Source: Escherichia phage vB_EcoM_G17
Direction: 5' to 3' (one strand)
Sequence record: MK327931.1
Length of the DNA stretch: 64,000 nt
The notes beneath the pieces were generated by a model that did no database searches, had not been told where the DNA came from, and saw only the letters and a list, made by a program, of their open reading frames with translations. Below are positions 52,202 through 61,915 of the stretch, piece by piece (positions within the stretch are counted from its first letter, which is position 1; the number at the start of each line of letters is the position of its first letter). The position numbers and the translations under genes are program-made.

Positions 52202-53746
52202 TCATTTACCGTATTTGCTCATGATGTCCTTTTCCCAATGAGTTACGTTACCGTTATCGTAATCTTTAAAGGAATTATCAAGAGTAGTTAATGCATATTC
52301 GTATGCTTCAGGTGATTCAATGTCAACATCATCAGCACCATTTACTAAATCAGTCCATGCTTTTTGTAGTTTACGAGCATTTTTACCAACATTACTTTTA
52401 ATCCAACTAATGTTTTTGTTGATACTCTTATTATCAGCACCAGCTTTTTTACCAATATCGGATATCCACATCATTAGCTTTTGGAGTTCATGAATGGAGT
52501 TGTCGTTCATTTCACGATCTTTAGCCAATTCTGCTTCCATGCCATCAGTATCAGTACCATCTTTAGAACCTACATCAATTCCATGTTTAGCTAATAGTTT
52601 ACCAAGTTCAAAGAATGCTGCCTCAGCAGGGAAGTCATAACCTTTGTCTTTGTAGTTGTTCCATGCACTATCAAACTCATCTACAAATCGGTTGGCATAA
52701 TCTGGATTGTCCACGAGAGCTTTGTACACTGCCATTGCATGTTCAAATCCTTCTTTGTCAGAACCAAACTCTCCCATTTCTGGACGATGAATGTAACCAT
52801 CCATATCAACAGTATCAGGTAAATCATCATGAGATGTTTCAGCATCTTTCTGGTCAACTGCACCTTCTTCATCTGCACGAACTAAGTAACCATCTTTTGA
52901 TACTTTCTCACCATGTTCAGCTTCATACTTTTTCATAGTATTGAATGCAGAATTCATAACAGTGATGAATCGAGACTTCTCACCTGGTGAGTAAGAATCT
53001 AATGCTGCTTTAATAGCATCATGTACTAATTGAATCTTATCATCTTTGCCTTCAAGACGATTTTCTAACTTAGCAAGAACATTCTTAACTTGCTGGGCGT
53101 TAGCACGGTCTTCTTTACCTATACGGTTAACAGTATGGAGGATGCTTTCAAGACTTGCTTCTTCAGCAGTCGCTTCTTCTTGTCCTTCAAGTGCACGCAT
53201 GATAGTACTGAATACTTCAGTTGGTTCAGTACTGGTATTTCCACTCATTGCATCAAGTACAGCTTGTGCTTTGACTTTTAATTCTTCTTTAGGTACAGAT
53301 TGCAATTCTTTCACAATACCTTGGATAAGTTGTGGTTTATTAGCAAAAATCTTACCTAACTTATCAGACAATTCTTTGACAGGGTTAACCGCCTTTGGTG
53401 CTTCTTGTTTTGGTTCTTCTTTCGCAGGAGAAGACTTTTCTTTTTCTTCACGTTCCATATCAGCTAGGCGTTGTTTTTGTGTAGCATTAAGAAGTCCCAA
53501 TGAATTAACATAACGTAGCTTTTCTAGCTCAGTCATGTTCTCAGTACTCTTAACTTCACCTGCTTCTGCGTTTGCTTTACCAGCTAGACCAGTTCCTTGG
53601 TTACGTGATCCACGTGAACCTTGACCTGCTTGATAACTATTTGGTCGGCGGTTGCGTTCACTCCATTTATCCGAGTGACCAGCCATGTTACCACCATTTT
53701 TATCAGTAAAATTACTTGGCATTTGATTTCTCTCCATAGATTTCAT
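52202..53746 (-). CDS. large charged hypothetical protein (about 506-514 aa)
   Basis: Longest ORF in window; Lys/Glu/Asp-rich; start ambiguous (53746 or 53722); shares motifs with 53992..54375. Confidence 0.65.
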   Translation of the reverse strand: MKSMERNQMPSNFTDKNGGNMAGHSDKWSERNRRPNSYQAGQGSRGSRNQGTGLAGKANAEAGEVKSTENMTELEKLRYVNSLGLLNATQKQRLADMEREEKEKSSPAKEEPKQEAPKAVNPVKELSDKLGKIFANKPQLIQGIVKELQSVPKEELKVKAQAVLDAMSGNTSTEPTEVFSTIMRALEGQEEATAEEASLESILHTVNRIGKEDRANAQQVKNVLAKLENRLEGKDDKIQLVHDAIKAALDSYSPGEKSRFITVMNSAFNTMKKYEAEHGEKVSKDGYLVRADEEGAVDQKDAETSHDDLPDTVDMDGYIHRPEMGEFGSDKEGFEHAMAVYKALVDNPDYANRFVDEFDSAWNNYKDKGYDFPAEAAFFELGKLLAKHGIDVGSKDGTDTDGMEAELAKDREMNDNSIHELQKLMMWISDIGKKAGADNKSINKNISWIKSNVGKNARKLQKAWTDLVNGADDVDIESPEAYEYALTTLDNSFKDYDNGNVTHWEKDIMSKYGK

Positions 53747-53808
53747 TTTTTCTCTATGTCTATATTTATAGTATAAAGAAAAGGCTGACCGAAGTCAACC
53801 TTATTTTG

Positions 53809-53922
53809 TTACTTAGATTGTTCTTGTGCAGGTGGATTTACTTTTTGATCCACTACATAGAATACACCACCAACCAGTACTGCGGCGATGAGTGCAGCAA
53901 CTACAAATTTCAAACCTTGCAT
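53809..53922 (-). CDS. hypothetical membrane peptide (37 aa)
   Basis: Hand-translated (MQGLKFVVAALIAAVLVGGVFYVV...). Confidence 0.3.
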   Translation of the reverse strand: MQGLKFVVAALIAAVLVGGVFYVVDQKVNPPAQEQSK

Positions 53923-53991
53923 ATATGATACCTCAGTTATATTGAGAAGTTATGATACAACAAAGGGCTGACCTTAGTCAACCCCTTTTTA

Positions 53992-54375
53992 TTACTTCTT
54001 GAACTTATGTTTTTCACTTTCGATTGCATTCACGATTTCATCATGAATTTTACGAAGATTGTGAGTTTTCTTGAGAGAATCATGCAATGCACGGAATGCA
54101 GAGTGTACAGTTGCTTTAAAGTGCTCTTTAGGAGTTACTTTAAGTTTCTCGATAATATCACGTACATAGATTGGGTGATCTTCAAACACACGGTTTAGCT
54201 CGTGGCCTAGAGACTCTAGACTAAACGCTTTTTCACGTGAAGGACGATCATGTGCAAGACTTTGGTCAGGTTTTAGAAGACCTAGTGAATCTAGATATTT
54301 GTGCTTATGTGCATTGTCTAGACCAGAAATATCAACATCATGGGATGGATCTTTCTTATTCCATTTATCAACCAT
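53992..54375 (-). CDS. hypothetical protein (127 aa), related to N-terminal part of 52202..53746
   Basis: KYLDSLGLL and LKVTPKEHFKA resemble YVNSLGLL and LQSVPKEELKV in the large protein. Confidence 0.5.
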   Translation of the reverse strand: MVDKWNKKDPSHDVDISGLDNAHKHKYLDSLGLLKPDQSLAHDRPSREKAFSLESLGHELNRVFEDHPIYVRDIIEKLKVTPKEHFKATVHSAFRALHDSLKKTHNLRKIHDEIVNAIESEKHKFKK

Positions 54376-54490
54376 TTTTATAACTCCTATAAGAGATAAA
54401 TTTTACTATAATATTTATAGTTCCTGTGTCATTTATATGAACTGACATAGAAAATTATATCATATTAAAAATGGTTGTCCCAAAGTTAAA

Positions 54491-54934
54491 TCAGTACTGA
54501 TCAAGTTCAGATGTAAAAATGAATGCATCCATGTCTTCCAACGTAAGTTTTAAGTCTGGTACGTACTTAAGAATAACGCACTCTGGCTTCTTAATAGCAG
54601 CTTGATAAGCAGCAATGGCAAGGGATTCCAACTGCTGTGCTGTATAATTTTTACGTTCTGCATTAAAAACTTTGTTTTTGATATCACCACCTGGGAGTTT
54701 TTCAAACTCACGCATAACTGCGGTAAGAACATCGTCAGCAGTGTTACTATATACCCATTGGGGTAATTGCATTACATTATAAATCACACCACTATCATCC
54801 ATCAAAGAGATCCATTTATATCCATCACTCGCACTAAACAAACGCCCTTTTAGTACTGTGTTATTAGTTAAATTTACAAATGCAAAAATATCTTGTTCGT
54901 TAAGTTCAATACTATTAACATTTACCCAACTCAT
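54491..54934 (-). CDS. hypothetical protein (147 aa)
   Basis: Track ORF 54491..54964 trimmed to MSWVNVNS (GGGGA SD). Confidence 0.55.
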   Translation of the reverse strand: MSWVNVNSIELNEQDIFAFVNLTNNTVLKGRLFSASDGYKWISLMDDSGVIYNVMQLPQWVYSNTADDVLTAVMREFEKLPGGDIKNKVFNAERKNYTAQQLESLAIAAYQAAIKKPECVILKYVPDLKLTLEDMDAFIFTSELDQY

Positions 54935-54947
54935 TACGATTCCCCAT

Positions 54948-55520
54948 TCATAAATCACGAACAATATTCATTAAACACAATTTAGGTTTTATAGCATTCA
55001 ACACCCATATGCATTCTTTGTAAGTAGCTATTATATCATCTAAATGCTCAGTTACAATGCTTTCTTGAAAATATTCTTCATCATTGAGCTTTGCTAATTT
55101 AGTAACATCACACGTAGGCACTATAGGTCTGGATTGTACACCCATTCCATTATTGATATTAGTGAAATGTACAAAATGGTACTTCACAACACCTTTATCT
55201 AGATTTACTATACATGACAAGTTTTCCAACTCAGTTAGTTCTTTACTACAAGTAACATTAATGAAACCAGTATTATAGGCTCTATAATCATCTACTGATA
55301 TCTCAAAATCATTACGCTGAAATATAAGTGAAATGAGTTTGTCCAGTGGTTTTACATTCATATATTTTAATGAATTTACGTATGATACTTCAATCTTAGA
55401 TGAAATTATTTTTTTACTAAGTGCAGTCAATTCTTTATTAGATTTACCTGTTAATACTATAGGTTTAAACCTAGAACTCTTATTTTTCTTTGATACTTTA
55501 AAACGACCTTTACGATTCAT
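54948..55520 (-). CDS. hypothetical protein (190 aa)
   Basis: Track ORF 54948..55544 trimmed to MNRKGRF (GAGGA SD). Confidence 0.55.
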   Translation of the reverse strand: MNRKGRFKVSKKNKSSRFKPIVLTGKSNKELTALSKKIISSKIEVSYVNSLKYMNVKPLDKLISLIFQRNDFEISVDDYRAYNTGFINVTCSKELTELENLSCIVNLDKGVVKYHFVHFTNINNGMGVQSRPIVPTCDVTKLAKLNDEEYFQESIVTEHLDDIIATYKECIWVLNAIKPKLCLMNIVRDL

Positions 55521-55527
55521 ATTTTCC

Positions 55528-55749
55528 TCAATTAATAATTTCACATTTAACGTGTGGTTTATATAACATAATTAACCCATTTTTAAGTACAATGATTGTT
55601 CCTCGGTCAGTAATAGAAACGTTTTTAATTATACTTTTTTTATATGTTTCAACATATTTCTCTTCGTAATTTATACATTTAACATATTCTTTTTGTTTAG
55701 CACTTACAACAGTACTGAATAATATCAGTACAAGTACTATATATTTCAT
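55528..55749 (-). CDS. secreted protein (signal peptide), 73 aa
   Basis: MKYIVLVLILFSTVVSAKQ. Confidence 0.5.
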   Translation of the reverse strand: MKYIVLVLILFSTVVSAKQKEYVKCINYEEKYVETYKKSIIKNVSITDRGTIIVLKNGLIMLYKPHVKCEIIN

Positions 55750-55801
55750 TACTATACCTTATAAACAAAAAGGAATTCATTTAAGAATTCCTATTTTACA
55801 A

Positions 55802-56095
55802 TCATTTATCTAACATACCATTGTGTAAACGTTCATATACTTCAGTTCGACGCAAATTCACAATATCTTCTGCGTATTTTAATGTAAATGCCCATGCTTT
55901 TGGATGTACGTTAAGCTTCATACGAATTCGATTTTTCATCAACTCTCCACTTAAACGAATAAATTCGTGTACACCACGACTACCGTATTCAGTAATTAAA
56001 TCATTAATGTACATATCACGAAGAGTTTCATCTGCACATTCTTTAACCATTTCTACGTCAGCGACGATGCTTTCATTAACTGAAGTACTGATCAT
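55802..56095 (-). CDS. hypothetical protein (97 aa)
   Basis: Track ORF. Confidence 0.5.
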   Translation of the reverse strand: MISTSVNESIVADVEMVKECADETLRDMYINDLITEYGSRGVHEFIRLSGELMKNRIRMKLNVHPKAWAFTLKYAEDIVNLRRTEVYERLHNGMLDK

Positions 56096-56106
56096 TTTAA
56101 TTTACC

Positions 56107-56373
56107 TTATTTAAATTCGACTGTAATTTTATCACCTTCAACTACGAACTTACAGTTGTAGCGACGTGCCATATCCATGTACATATGCTCAGAGTACCAG
56201 GGAACATCAATAATCGGATGCTCTGCGTATTGTAGAACTTCACGGTCGCCAACTGTAGTGATGACGAAAGAAATGTTCATCTCTCGTAAAAACAGTTCAG
56301 CACCAGGAGAACGATTAATAAATTCAGTATCATTACGTAAAGTAAATCCATTATATTGTAATTTAAGCTTCAT
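56107..56373 (-). CDS. hypothetical protein (88 aa)
   Basis: Track ORF. Confidence 0.5.
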   Translation of the reverse strand: MKLKLQYNGFTLRNDTEFINRSPGAELFLREMNISFVITTVGDREVLQYAEHPIIDVPWYSEHMYMDMARRYNCKFVVEGDKITVEFK

Positions 56374-56387
56374 ATGTTATCCTCTAT

Positions 56388-56732
56388 TCAATACCATTCT
56401 TTAAAACCATTAAGTTCGGCTATGTGAGTAATTATAACACATATAACATTCAGGTCAAGTATAATTTGATCATAATTTAATTTTATACGATCATCATTAT
56501 ATGCCCTAAAGACTACATCGTAATCAAAGAAATTTGCGTTTTCATCATTCATTGAAACGATTCGGTATCTACGTCTTCCATCTGTATTGAATATTGTTAA
56601 ACACTGTTGAAACTTTCTCATTAACTGTTTAGATAGGATATTATAATATTCAATATCTTTTTGTGAATTACGTGGGTCATCAGGAAGATAGAATGAAACA
56701 AATTTCTTTAATTCTATTTGAGTTTTATCCAT
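56388..56732 (-). CDS. hypothetical protein (114 aa)
   Basis: Track ORF. Confidence 0.5.
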   Translation of the reverse strand: MDKTQIELKKFVSFYLPDDPRNSQKDIEYYNILSKQLMRKFQQCLTIFNTDGRRRYRIVSMNDENANFFDYDVVFRAYNDDRIKLNYDQIILDLNVICVIITHIAELNGFKEWY

Positions 56733-57165
56733 ATATTACCTCATGTGTTTCTCTTTTACTTTGTCGGAACTCATCCTTTGCTTCCTTAACTGACATGATA
56801 CGAACTAATTTAGCACTACCGCAATAGTACTGAACCTGATTACGACCAATGTCTACATGGTGGTCTGGAACTTCATATACAGATATAGCAAACCCAGCAC
56901 GATGCAATTTACCTAAGTCCATAGTGAAGAATCTGAACAAATCTTTCAAACTTTGACAGCCAAATACCCATCCACTTTTGATTGAATAGATCCCATCCTC
57001 AGTTGGTTCAGGTTGGAATTGAGAAGGTGTAGTCATGAGCATACGGTCAAATCCATTTTTAGTACTGTATCTGGTTGAATACCGTGCAAACGGACCTACA
57101 GTTCGTGCAGGATCTAAGTTAGGTTCAATGTAACTAAATTTAAGTTCAAAACGATATACATACAT
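56725..57165 (-). CDS. hypothetical protein (146 aa)
   Basis: Track ORF; terminator/promoter cassette upstream (57205-57232). Confidence 0.55.
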   Translation of the reverse strand: MYVYRFELKFSYIEPNLDPARTVGPFARYSTRYSTKNGFDRMLMTTPSQFQPEPTEDGIYSIKSGWVFGCQSLKDLFRFFTMDLGKLHRAGFAISVYEVPDHHVDIGRNQVQYYCGSAKLVRIMSVKEAKDEFRQSKRETHEVIYG

Positions 57166-57219
57166 AATTAAAATCCTCTAATTTATTAAGAGAATTATAA
57201 CAAAAAAGGCTGACCGAAG

Positions 57220-57411
57220 TCAACCTTTGTTTTGAAGTTCTTGAACTAATTGTCGTACTTCGTTAATATTTTTACACTGCTTTACAGTGAAGTAATCATA
57301 CTTACGACCATAGGTTCTTGGGTCATCACCTTCCATATACTGCTGCACATCAAAGATTTGTAAGTAGGGATGCTGCATAACACGAATATTATCACTTTGA
57401 TAAATCAACAT
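57220..57411 (-). CDS. hypothetical protein (63 aa)
   Basis: Track ORF 57220..57465 trimmed to MLIYQSD (AAGGA SD). Confidence 0.45.
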   Translation of the reverse strand: MLIYQSDNIRVMQHPYLQIFDVQQYMEGDDPRTYGRKYDYFTVKQCKNINEVRQLVQELQNKG

Positions 57412-57415
57412 AATA

Positions 57416-57766
57416 TCAATCCTTATATTTACACAAGCCACCAAAACTAGTTTCTTTAGCACCACGACGCATCATAACTAATTTAGCATATTGTGTGCCA
57501 TTACTATCTTCATATACATCTACTTCAATAAACGCTAAGAAGTTAGGGTCTGTGTCGTTAGAAAACTCAGTGAAGCTAATGTCGCCTACTGTATGCTCTT
57601 TAACAAACGTATATGATTGTCCATCAATATATACAATATCTCGATCGTCACTATCACCTTGATAGATATGTTTAATATTACCATCGGTACAAACTAAACC
57701 TTCCAATGGTTCAGCATATGACAATCCACACATTAACATACATACAAAAAATAAAATAATTTTCAT
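57416..57766 (-). CDS. secreted protein (signal peptide), 116 aa
   Basis: MKIILFFVCMLMCGLSYAEP. Confidence 0.55.
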   Translation of the reverse strand: MKIILFFVCMLMCGLSYAEPLEGLVCTDGNIKHIYQGDSDDRDIVYIDGQSYTFVKEHTVGDISFTEFSNDTDPNFLAFIEVDVYEDSNGTQYAKLVMMRRGAKETSFGGLCKYKD

Positions 57767-57768
57767 GA

Positions 57769-58146
57769 TTATTTTCCTCCAACGTTAAGTGATTTCTTGT
57801 ACTGATATTCTTTATAAGTACTATACCATATATCACCAACGTAAATCAAGTACCACGTAGCAGGATAAAGAGCCAATCCAGTACTGATATATACGAACTT
57901 TTGGTCAAGGACATCAAATACATACAGAAGGAAAGTTACTCCCATAATGCAAGAACAAATTAACCACAAGTTATAAGCAATCGAATCGCAAGCAAAAATA
58001 GAATCAAGCTTAGAAATTAGGACATATTTGTTTGTTAAAATGAAATGAATTACTGCAACTAAACAATATCCTGCCATAAAAATAGAAATTAAAAAAGACA
58101 GAATAATTGGAATATTCAACAACAAAAGTAAAATAGTGTTTACCAT
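57769..58146 (-). CDS. small membrane protein (125 aa)
   Basis: Hydrophobic. Confidence 0.55.
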   Translation of the reverse strand: MVNTILLLLLNIPIILSFLISIFMAGYCLVAVIHFILTNKYVLISKLDSIFACDSIAYNLWLICSCIMGVTFLLYVFDVLDQKFVYISTGLALYPATWYLIYVGDIWYSTYKEYQYKKSLNVGGK

Positions 58147-58157
58147 TTTTTTAAGTC

Positions 58158-58517
58158 CTATATTTCACAGTGTAAGTTCAATTTATCTATATCTAGGTCA
58201 CGGCGTACCGATGAGTCCAAGTAAATTACTATATAGATATCACCATTACCAGTTCTTGGGTCTACAATTAATATTACGTTTGCTAATGTACCAGAATCAT
58301 CTCTATAAGTCGAGATTTTTTTATTACCGATAATACTTTCTACTTTAAAACGATAAATCACACCATCAACAACTATATTTTTACCATTTCTAGGGTCGTT
58401 AGTCAATACATGCCACGTTCCCTTAGTACTACGACAATATGTTTCTGCTGCTGCACCATAACTAAAACATGAAAATAATGCACACACAAGTGCTATTAAT
58501 TTTATATAACTCTTCAT
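58158..58517 (-). CDS. secreted protein (signal peptide), 119 aa
   Basis: MKSYIKLIALVCALFSCFSYGAAAETYC. Confidence 0.55.
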   Translation of the reverse strand: MKSYIKLIALVCALFSCFSYGAAAETYCRSTKGTWHVLTNDPRNGKNIVVDGVIYRFKVESIIGNKKISTYRDDSGTLANVILIVDPRTGNGDIYIVIYLDSSVRRDLDIDKLNLHCEI

Positions 58518-58595
58518 AACAAACCTCTAACGAGAAATACTTCTGTACTATATATATGTACAGAAGTATTTAATACTATAGAGATATTTTCACTG

Positions 58596-58922
58596 TTACA
58601 TCTTATTCGTGAACTTGAATTTGATAATATCAATCCAAATTTTAACATTTCCTGCAAATAGTGCTTTGATTAGCCACATAATTGCAACAAAGTTCTCAAC
58701 TAAATCCAAAGTTTTAACTACTGCACCGAGTGGGAAGATAAAACTCAAAACCCATACAATTACTGAAACCACAACGACTGTATAGAAAATACGCACAATC
58801 GGTGAATCAAGCATAAACAACTCAGAGAACTCTTTTTTATCATTATCATCAGTAATAAAGCATTCGTAAACCAGAAGCCAAATCAGAATTAAAGACGGAA
58901 TTGAAATTAGTACTGATAGCAT
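58596..58922 (-). CDS. small membrane protein (108 aa)
   Basis: Hydrophobic; consensus promoter upstream (about 58960-59000). Confidence 0.55.
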   Translation of the reverse strand: MLSVLISIPSLILIWLLVYECFITDDNDKKEFSELFMLDSPIVRIFYTVVVVSVIVWVLSFIFPLGAVVKTLDLVENFVAIMWLIKALFAGNVKIWIDIIKFKFTNKM

Positions 58923-58979
58923 ATTTTTTACCTCAAGTTTAAGTGTTAAGTTTCAGACTACAGGAACCATTATACAGTA

Positions 58980-59222
58980 CTACGAACGTTTGTCAACATT
59001 TGTTTCTTCAATAAGCATAAGATAACTTAACACGAAGAGTAATACCGAAATAATATCAATAACTGTAAAGCTCACTGGAATGATAATAGACACCAGTACT
59101 AATGCCACGTTTAGCAAGAATACAGTAGTGAGATCTACCATCGTTCGTCTAGTGGCTAATGCCACTAGTGTAGGATAGAACATAAACAATAGTGCAACAA
59201 CAAAACTTAGTACTAGATACAT
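58980..59222 (-). CDS. small membrane protein (80 aa)
   Basis: Hydrophobic. Confidence 0.5.
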   Translation of the reverse strand: MYLVLSFVVALLFMFYPTLVALATRRTMVDLTTVFLLNVALVLVSIIIPVSFTVIDIISVLLFVLSYLMLIEETNVDKRS

Positions 59223-59875
59223 TTCTTTTTCACCTTAATAAAATTATAACACAAAACCACATCAACATCTGGTTCATCATACAAGTACTCAAAACGTTCT
59301 TTACTTCGTTTAGTACCGATATACTCACCATTCTTATGCCAACGCCATCCACCATCCTTTGGTTGTTCAGACTTAAGTACTGGGTGATAGCACAGGACAA
59401 TTTCTTCTGGACCTTCAATTAGGTTCTTGTACTTATTCATAATCTGTTCAAGCGTATCTGCTACACCATAAGATGGATGCATAAGATAAGACTCAGGACG
59501 TGGACGTCCACTTGGTAGAATATCATCAGTACTATTAAAGATAGCACGGAAGTCTTCAGATGTGTATAGACTTCCATCTTCATGGATCATTGGGTATTCA
59601 TCCACTACATCGTAATCAGTGAAGTGTTCAATTGCATGTCCAGGTCGATAACCTGCAAGGATACCTGCATGTTTAGTCTGGACAATAGTCATAACAGATG
59701 TATTGTTGTTTACAGTTGGATCATGAATTTCAGCCCAGAACGGATGATTTGGGTCAAAAGTTGCATTTACCAATGTACACTCACCAATGTAATCAAACAT
59801 AGTTTCCTTGAAGTTTAAAGAAACCCCACGTAATGCCCAGTCAGGTGAAGTGATGAAATTAAGATTAACTAACAT
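59213..59875 (-). CDS. hypothetical protein (about 220 aa)
   Basis: Track ORF 59213..59893 begins at a TTG codon; first ATG (MLVNLNF, 59875) has GAGGA SD. Confidence 0.55.
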   Translation of the reverse strand: MLVNLNFITSPDWALRGVSLNFKETMFDYIGECTLVNATFDPNHPFWAEIHDPTVNNNTSVMTIVQTKHAGILAGYRPGHAIEHFTDYDVVDEYPMIHEDGSLYTSEDFRAIFNSTDDILPSGRPRPESYLMHPSYGVADTLEQIMNKYKNLIEGPEEIVLCYHPVLKSEQPKDGGWRWHKNGEYIGTKRSKERFEYLYDEPDVDVVLCYNFIKVKKKCI

Positions 59876-59906
59876 AAGTATCCTCAGATGCAATTTTTTG
59901 ATGTGG

Positions 59907-60122
59907 TTATTGTATCAAAGATGTATCTATTTGTACAACATTTATTGTAACTATTTCGTACATATAGTCAGGTGCATTGAACTCAGCATACCACTCAATG
60001 ATCTCACAGGCAGCATCAACTTGGTTGTTCGCATTAACACGTCTTGCATAGGTACTAGACATTTTATATCTACCATTTACATACACGTTATATACACCAT
60101 GACACCACCACATCTTAGTCAT
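59907..60122 (-). CDS. hypothetical protein (71 aa)
   Basis: Track ORF. Confidence 0.5.
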   Translation of the reverse strand: MTKMWWCHGVYNVYVNGRYKMSSTYARRVNANNQVDAACEIIEWYAEFNAPDYMYEIVTINVVQIDTSLIQ

Positions 60123-60333
60123 TTATGCTAGGCCATACTTTGTATTGTAAGTTCTGGTATTGAAATTTACCAATTTCATTTTTCTTACGGAATGATTCAT
60201 CTACTTGAATTTCCGCATCGTACTGACCATCAGCCTGTACAACGTACTTAAATTCTTCTACGTGTGAAAAACGTTGACCTTCACCTTCTGGTTTATAGAC
60301 TTGTACTAAACCTTCAACTAGATATAAATTCAT
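60115..60333 (-). CDS. hypothetical protein (72 aa)
   Basis: Track ORF. Confidence 0.5.
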   Translation of the reverse strand: MNLYLVEGLVQVYKPEGEGQRFSHVEEFKYVVQADGQYDAEIQVDESFRKKNEIGKFQYQNLQYKVWPSIND

Positions 60334-60336
60334 TTA

Positions 60337-60558
60337 TCATTCCTCATCACTTTCAGTTAGCATAATGCTATGTACAGTTTCCACATAGCGGTGTGTTTTG
60401 GGTGTGTTATACTTTGTAATTTCATCAAACAATTTAAACAGTGCATCTACTTCACTAAGAGCACGAATGAATACATCCATCTTGGTGACTACTCTGGAAA
60501 ACCCGCGTATGTTATTAAATTCAGAGACGTGTTCATACACAACATAGTATCTATTCAT
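60337..60558 (-). CDS. hypothetical protein (73 aa)
   Basis: Track ORF. Confidence 0.5.
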   Translation of the reverse strand: MNRYYVVYEHVSEFNNIRGFSRVVTKMDVFIRALSEVDALFKLFDEITKYNTPKTHRYVETVHSIMLTESDEE

Positions 60559-61073
60559 ATATTAAAAAGTTCCATGAATTCATTGAATAAAGAAGTTCTA
60601 ATGCACATAACAAATTCAAAGTCAACATCGATGGTGTCAAGTAGTTTGAACAACTTTGGTACTAATGGATCATTCACCTCAAAGTTATGAATCAAACTTT
60701 GTTGAAACACATTTTCTTCAGTACTATAATCAATAACAAAATATTCAGCAATACCAGGTGGTGTGTAAACATCATATAAAATATGGCGGTGATGATTTGT
60801 TTTAGAACTAGGGGAATATATAAGTTCTATTTCATAAGATTTATCAGCACTGCGTGCGTAACAAACAATATCAGTACTTGTTATTTCTGAACCATCACTT
60901 CTCTCTGAAAAACAAACATCAGCATAGCGTTTTCCAGAGAGATTCAAAAGATCATGAGTTGTTTTACCATAACAGAAATCAGTTTCAATGCGTATCACAT
61001 CTTGATATTCAATTGGTCTTGTATCGCGGCGTTCACGATTAAACACTAATTTCAACAACTCATTAATATCCAT
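60555..61073 (-). CDS. hypothetical protein (172 aa)
   Basis: Track ORF. Confidence 0.6.
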   Translation of the reverse strand: MDINELLKLVFNRERRDTRPIEYQDVIRIETDFCYGKTTHDLLNLSGKRYADVCFSERSDGSEITSTDIVCYARSADKSYEIELIYSPSSKTNHHRHILYDVYTPPGIAEYFVIDYSTEENVFQQSLIHNFEVNDPLVPKLFKLLDTIDVDFEFVMCIRTSLFNEFMELFNI

Positions 61074-61273
61074 TACTTAGTCTCAATAACCTTTAGATTT
61101 ACAAAGTCACCTTTAACCTTCATACATTTGTATTCAGTGCGAGTTTCATCACCAGCATCACGAGGCCAATGAGTTGCAGAGTAACACTGATCAGGTGTTT
61201 TATATACACCTTCACCAACGGTGCGAGTGATTTCACCATTAGTTAGTACTACTGCAAGATATAAAGTAAACAT
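61073..61273 (-). CDS. hypothetical protein (66 aa)
   Basis: Track ORF. Confidence 0.5.
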   Translation of the reverse strand: MFTLYLAVVLTNGEITRTVGEGVYKTPDQCYSATHWPRDAGDETRTEYKCMKVKGDFVNLKVIETK

Positions 61274-61424
61274 ATTAGTCCTTAGAATAATTTATTAATA
61301 ATAATAGCACCCAAACCAAGTACTGCAATAATTGCAGATACCCACATTACCGCGTTCACTGCACCTGTGAGTTCTTTATCAAACTCTCGGCACTTCTTGC
61401 GGTAATCTTCCCACTCTTTGTTAT

Positions 61425-61640
61425 TCACACTACCACTCCTAATAGGTCGGTAGCTTTCTTGAGAACTACATCAATCGTTTCCAGTACTGCACCTTTGTGT
61501 TCAATTGATACAATATTATTATAAGTATCAAGGTCCAAGTACTCCATATATTCTGTTTTGAATACACGAACTTCAGTACTGGTGATTTTAATATCACAAC
61601 CTTTATCCCAAATAACCTGCATCATTTCATTGGTAGTCAT
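61425..61640 (-). CDS. hypothetical protein (71 aa)
   Basis: Track ORF. Confidence 0.5.
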   Translation of the reverse strand: MTTNEMMQVIWDKGCDIKITSTEVRVFKTEYMEYLDLDTYNNIVSIEHKGAVLETIDVVLKKATDLLGVVV

Positions 61641-61915
61641 TATTCAACCTTATCATAAACAAGTTTGTGTGTGCTTAGTACTTTGTTGTGATGTCCAGGG
61701 CATTCATATACATACAATCGCTCCTGACGTTTTTCCCAACCACCACAGATACGACCTGATTGTGTACATATTTCATACTCGTTAATAAAAGACTTGCCTG
61801 TGAATGTACAATCCTGACGAACTAAGTCTTTTGCACTAAACCTGCCGTCATCATTACATGCTGTAAGAAACATTGTACAGAATACAAAGACAACTGTCAA
61901 TAGTTTTTTAATCAT
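61640..61915 (-). CDS. putative lipoprotein (91 aa)
   Basis: MIKKLLTVVFVFCTMFLTAC: signal peptide ending in lipobox-like LTAC. Confidence 0.55.
   Translation of the reverse strand: MIKKLLTVVFVFCTMFLTACNDDGRFSAKDLVRQDCTFTGKSFINEYEICTQSGRICGGWEKRQERLYVYECPGHHNKVLSTHKLVYDKVE

Noticed and set aside
52615-53513. Plus-strand ORFs inside the 514 aa gene (52615..52938, 53046..53513, 53090..53281) and 52681..52878 (-)
   Set aside because: They are embedded in the long minus-strand ORF and are antisense or alternative-frame readings.
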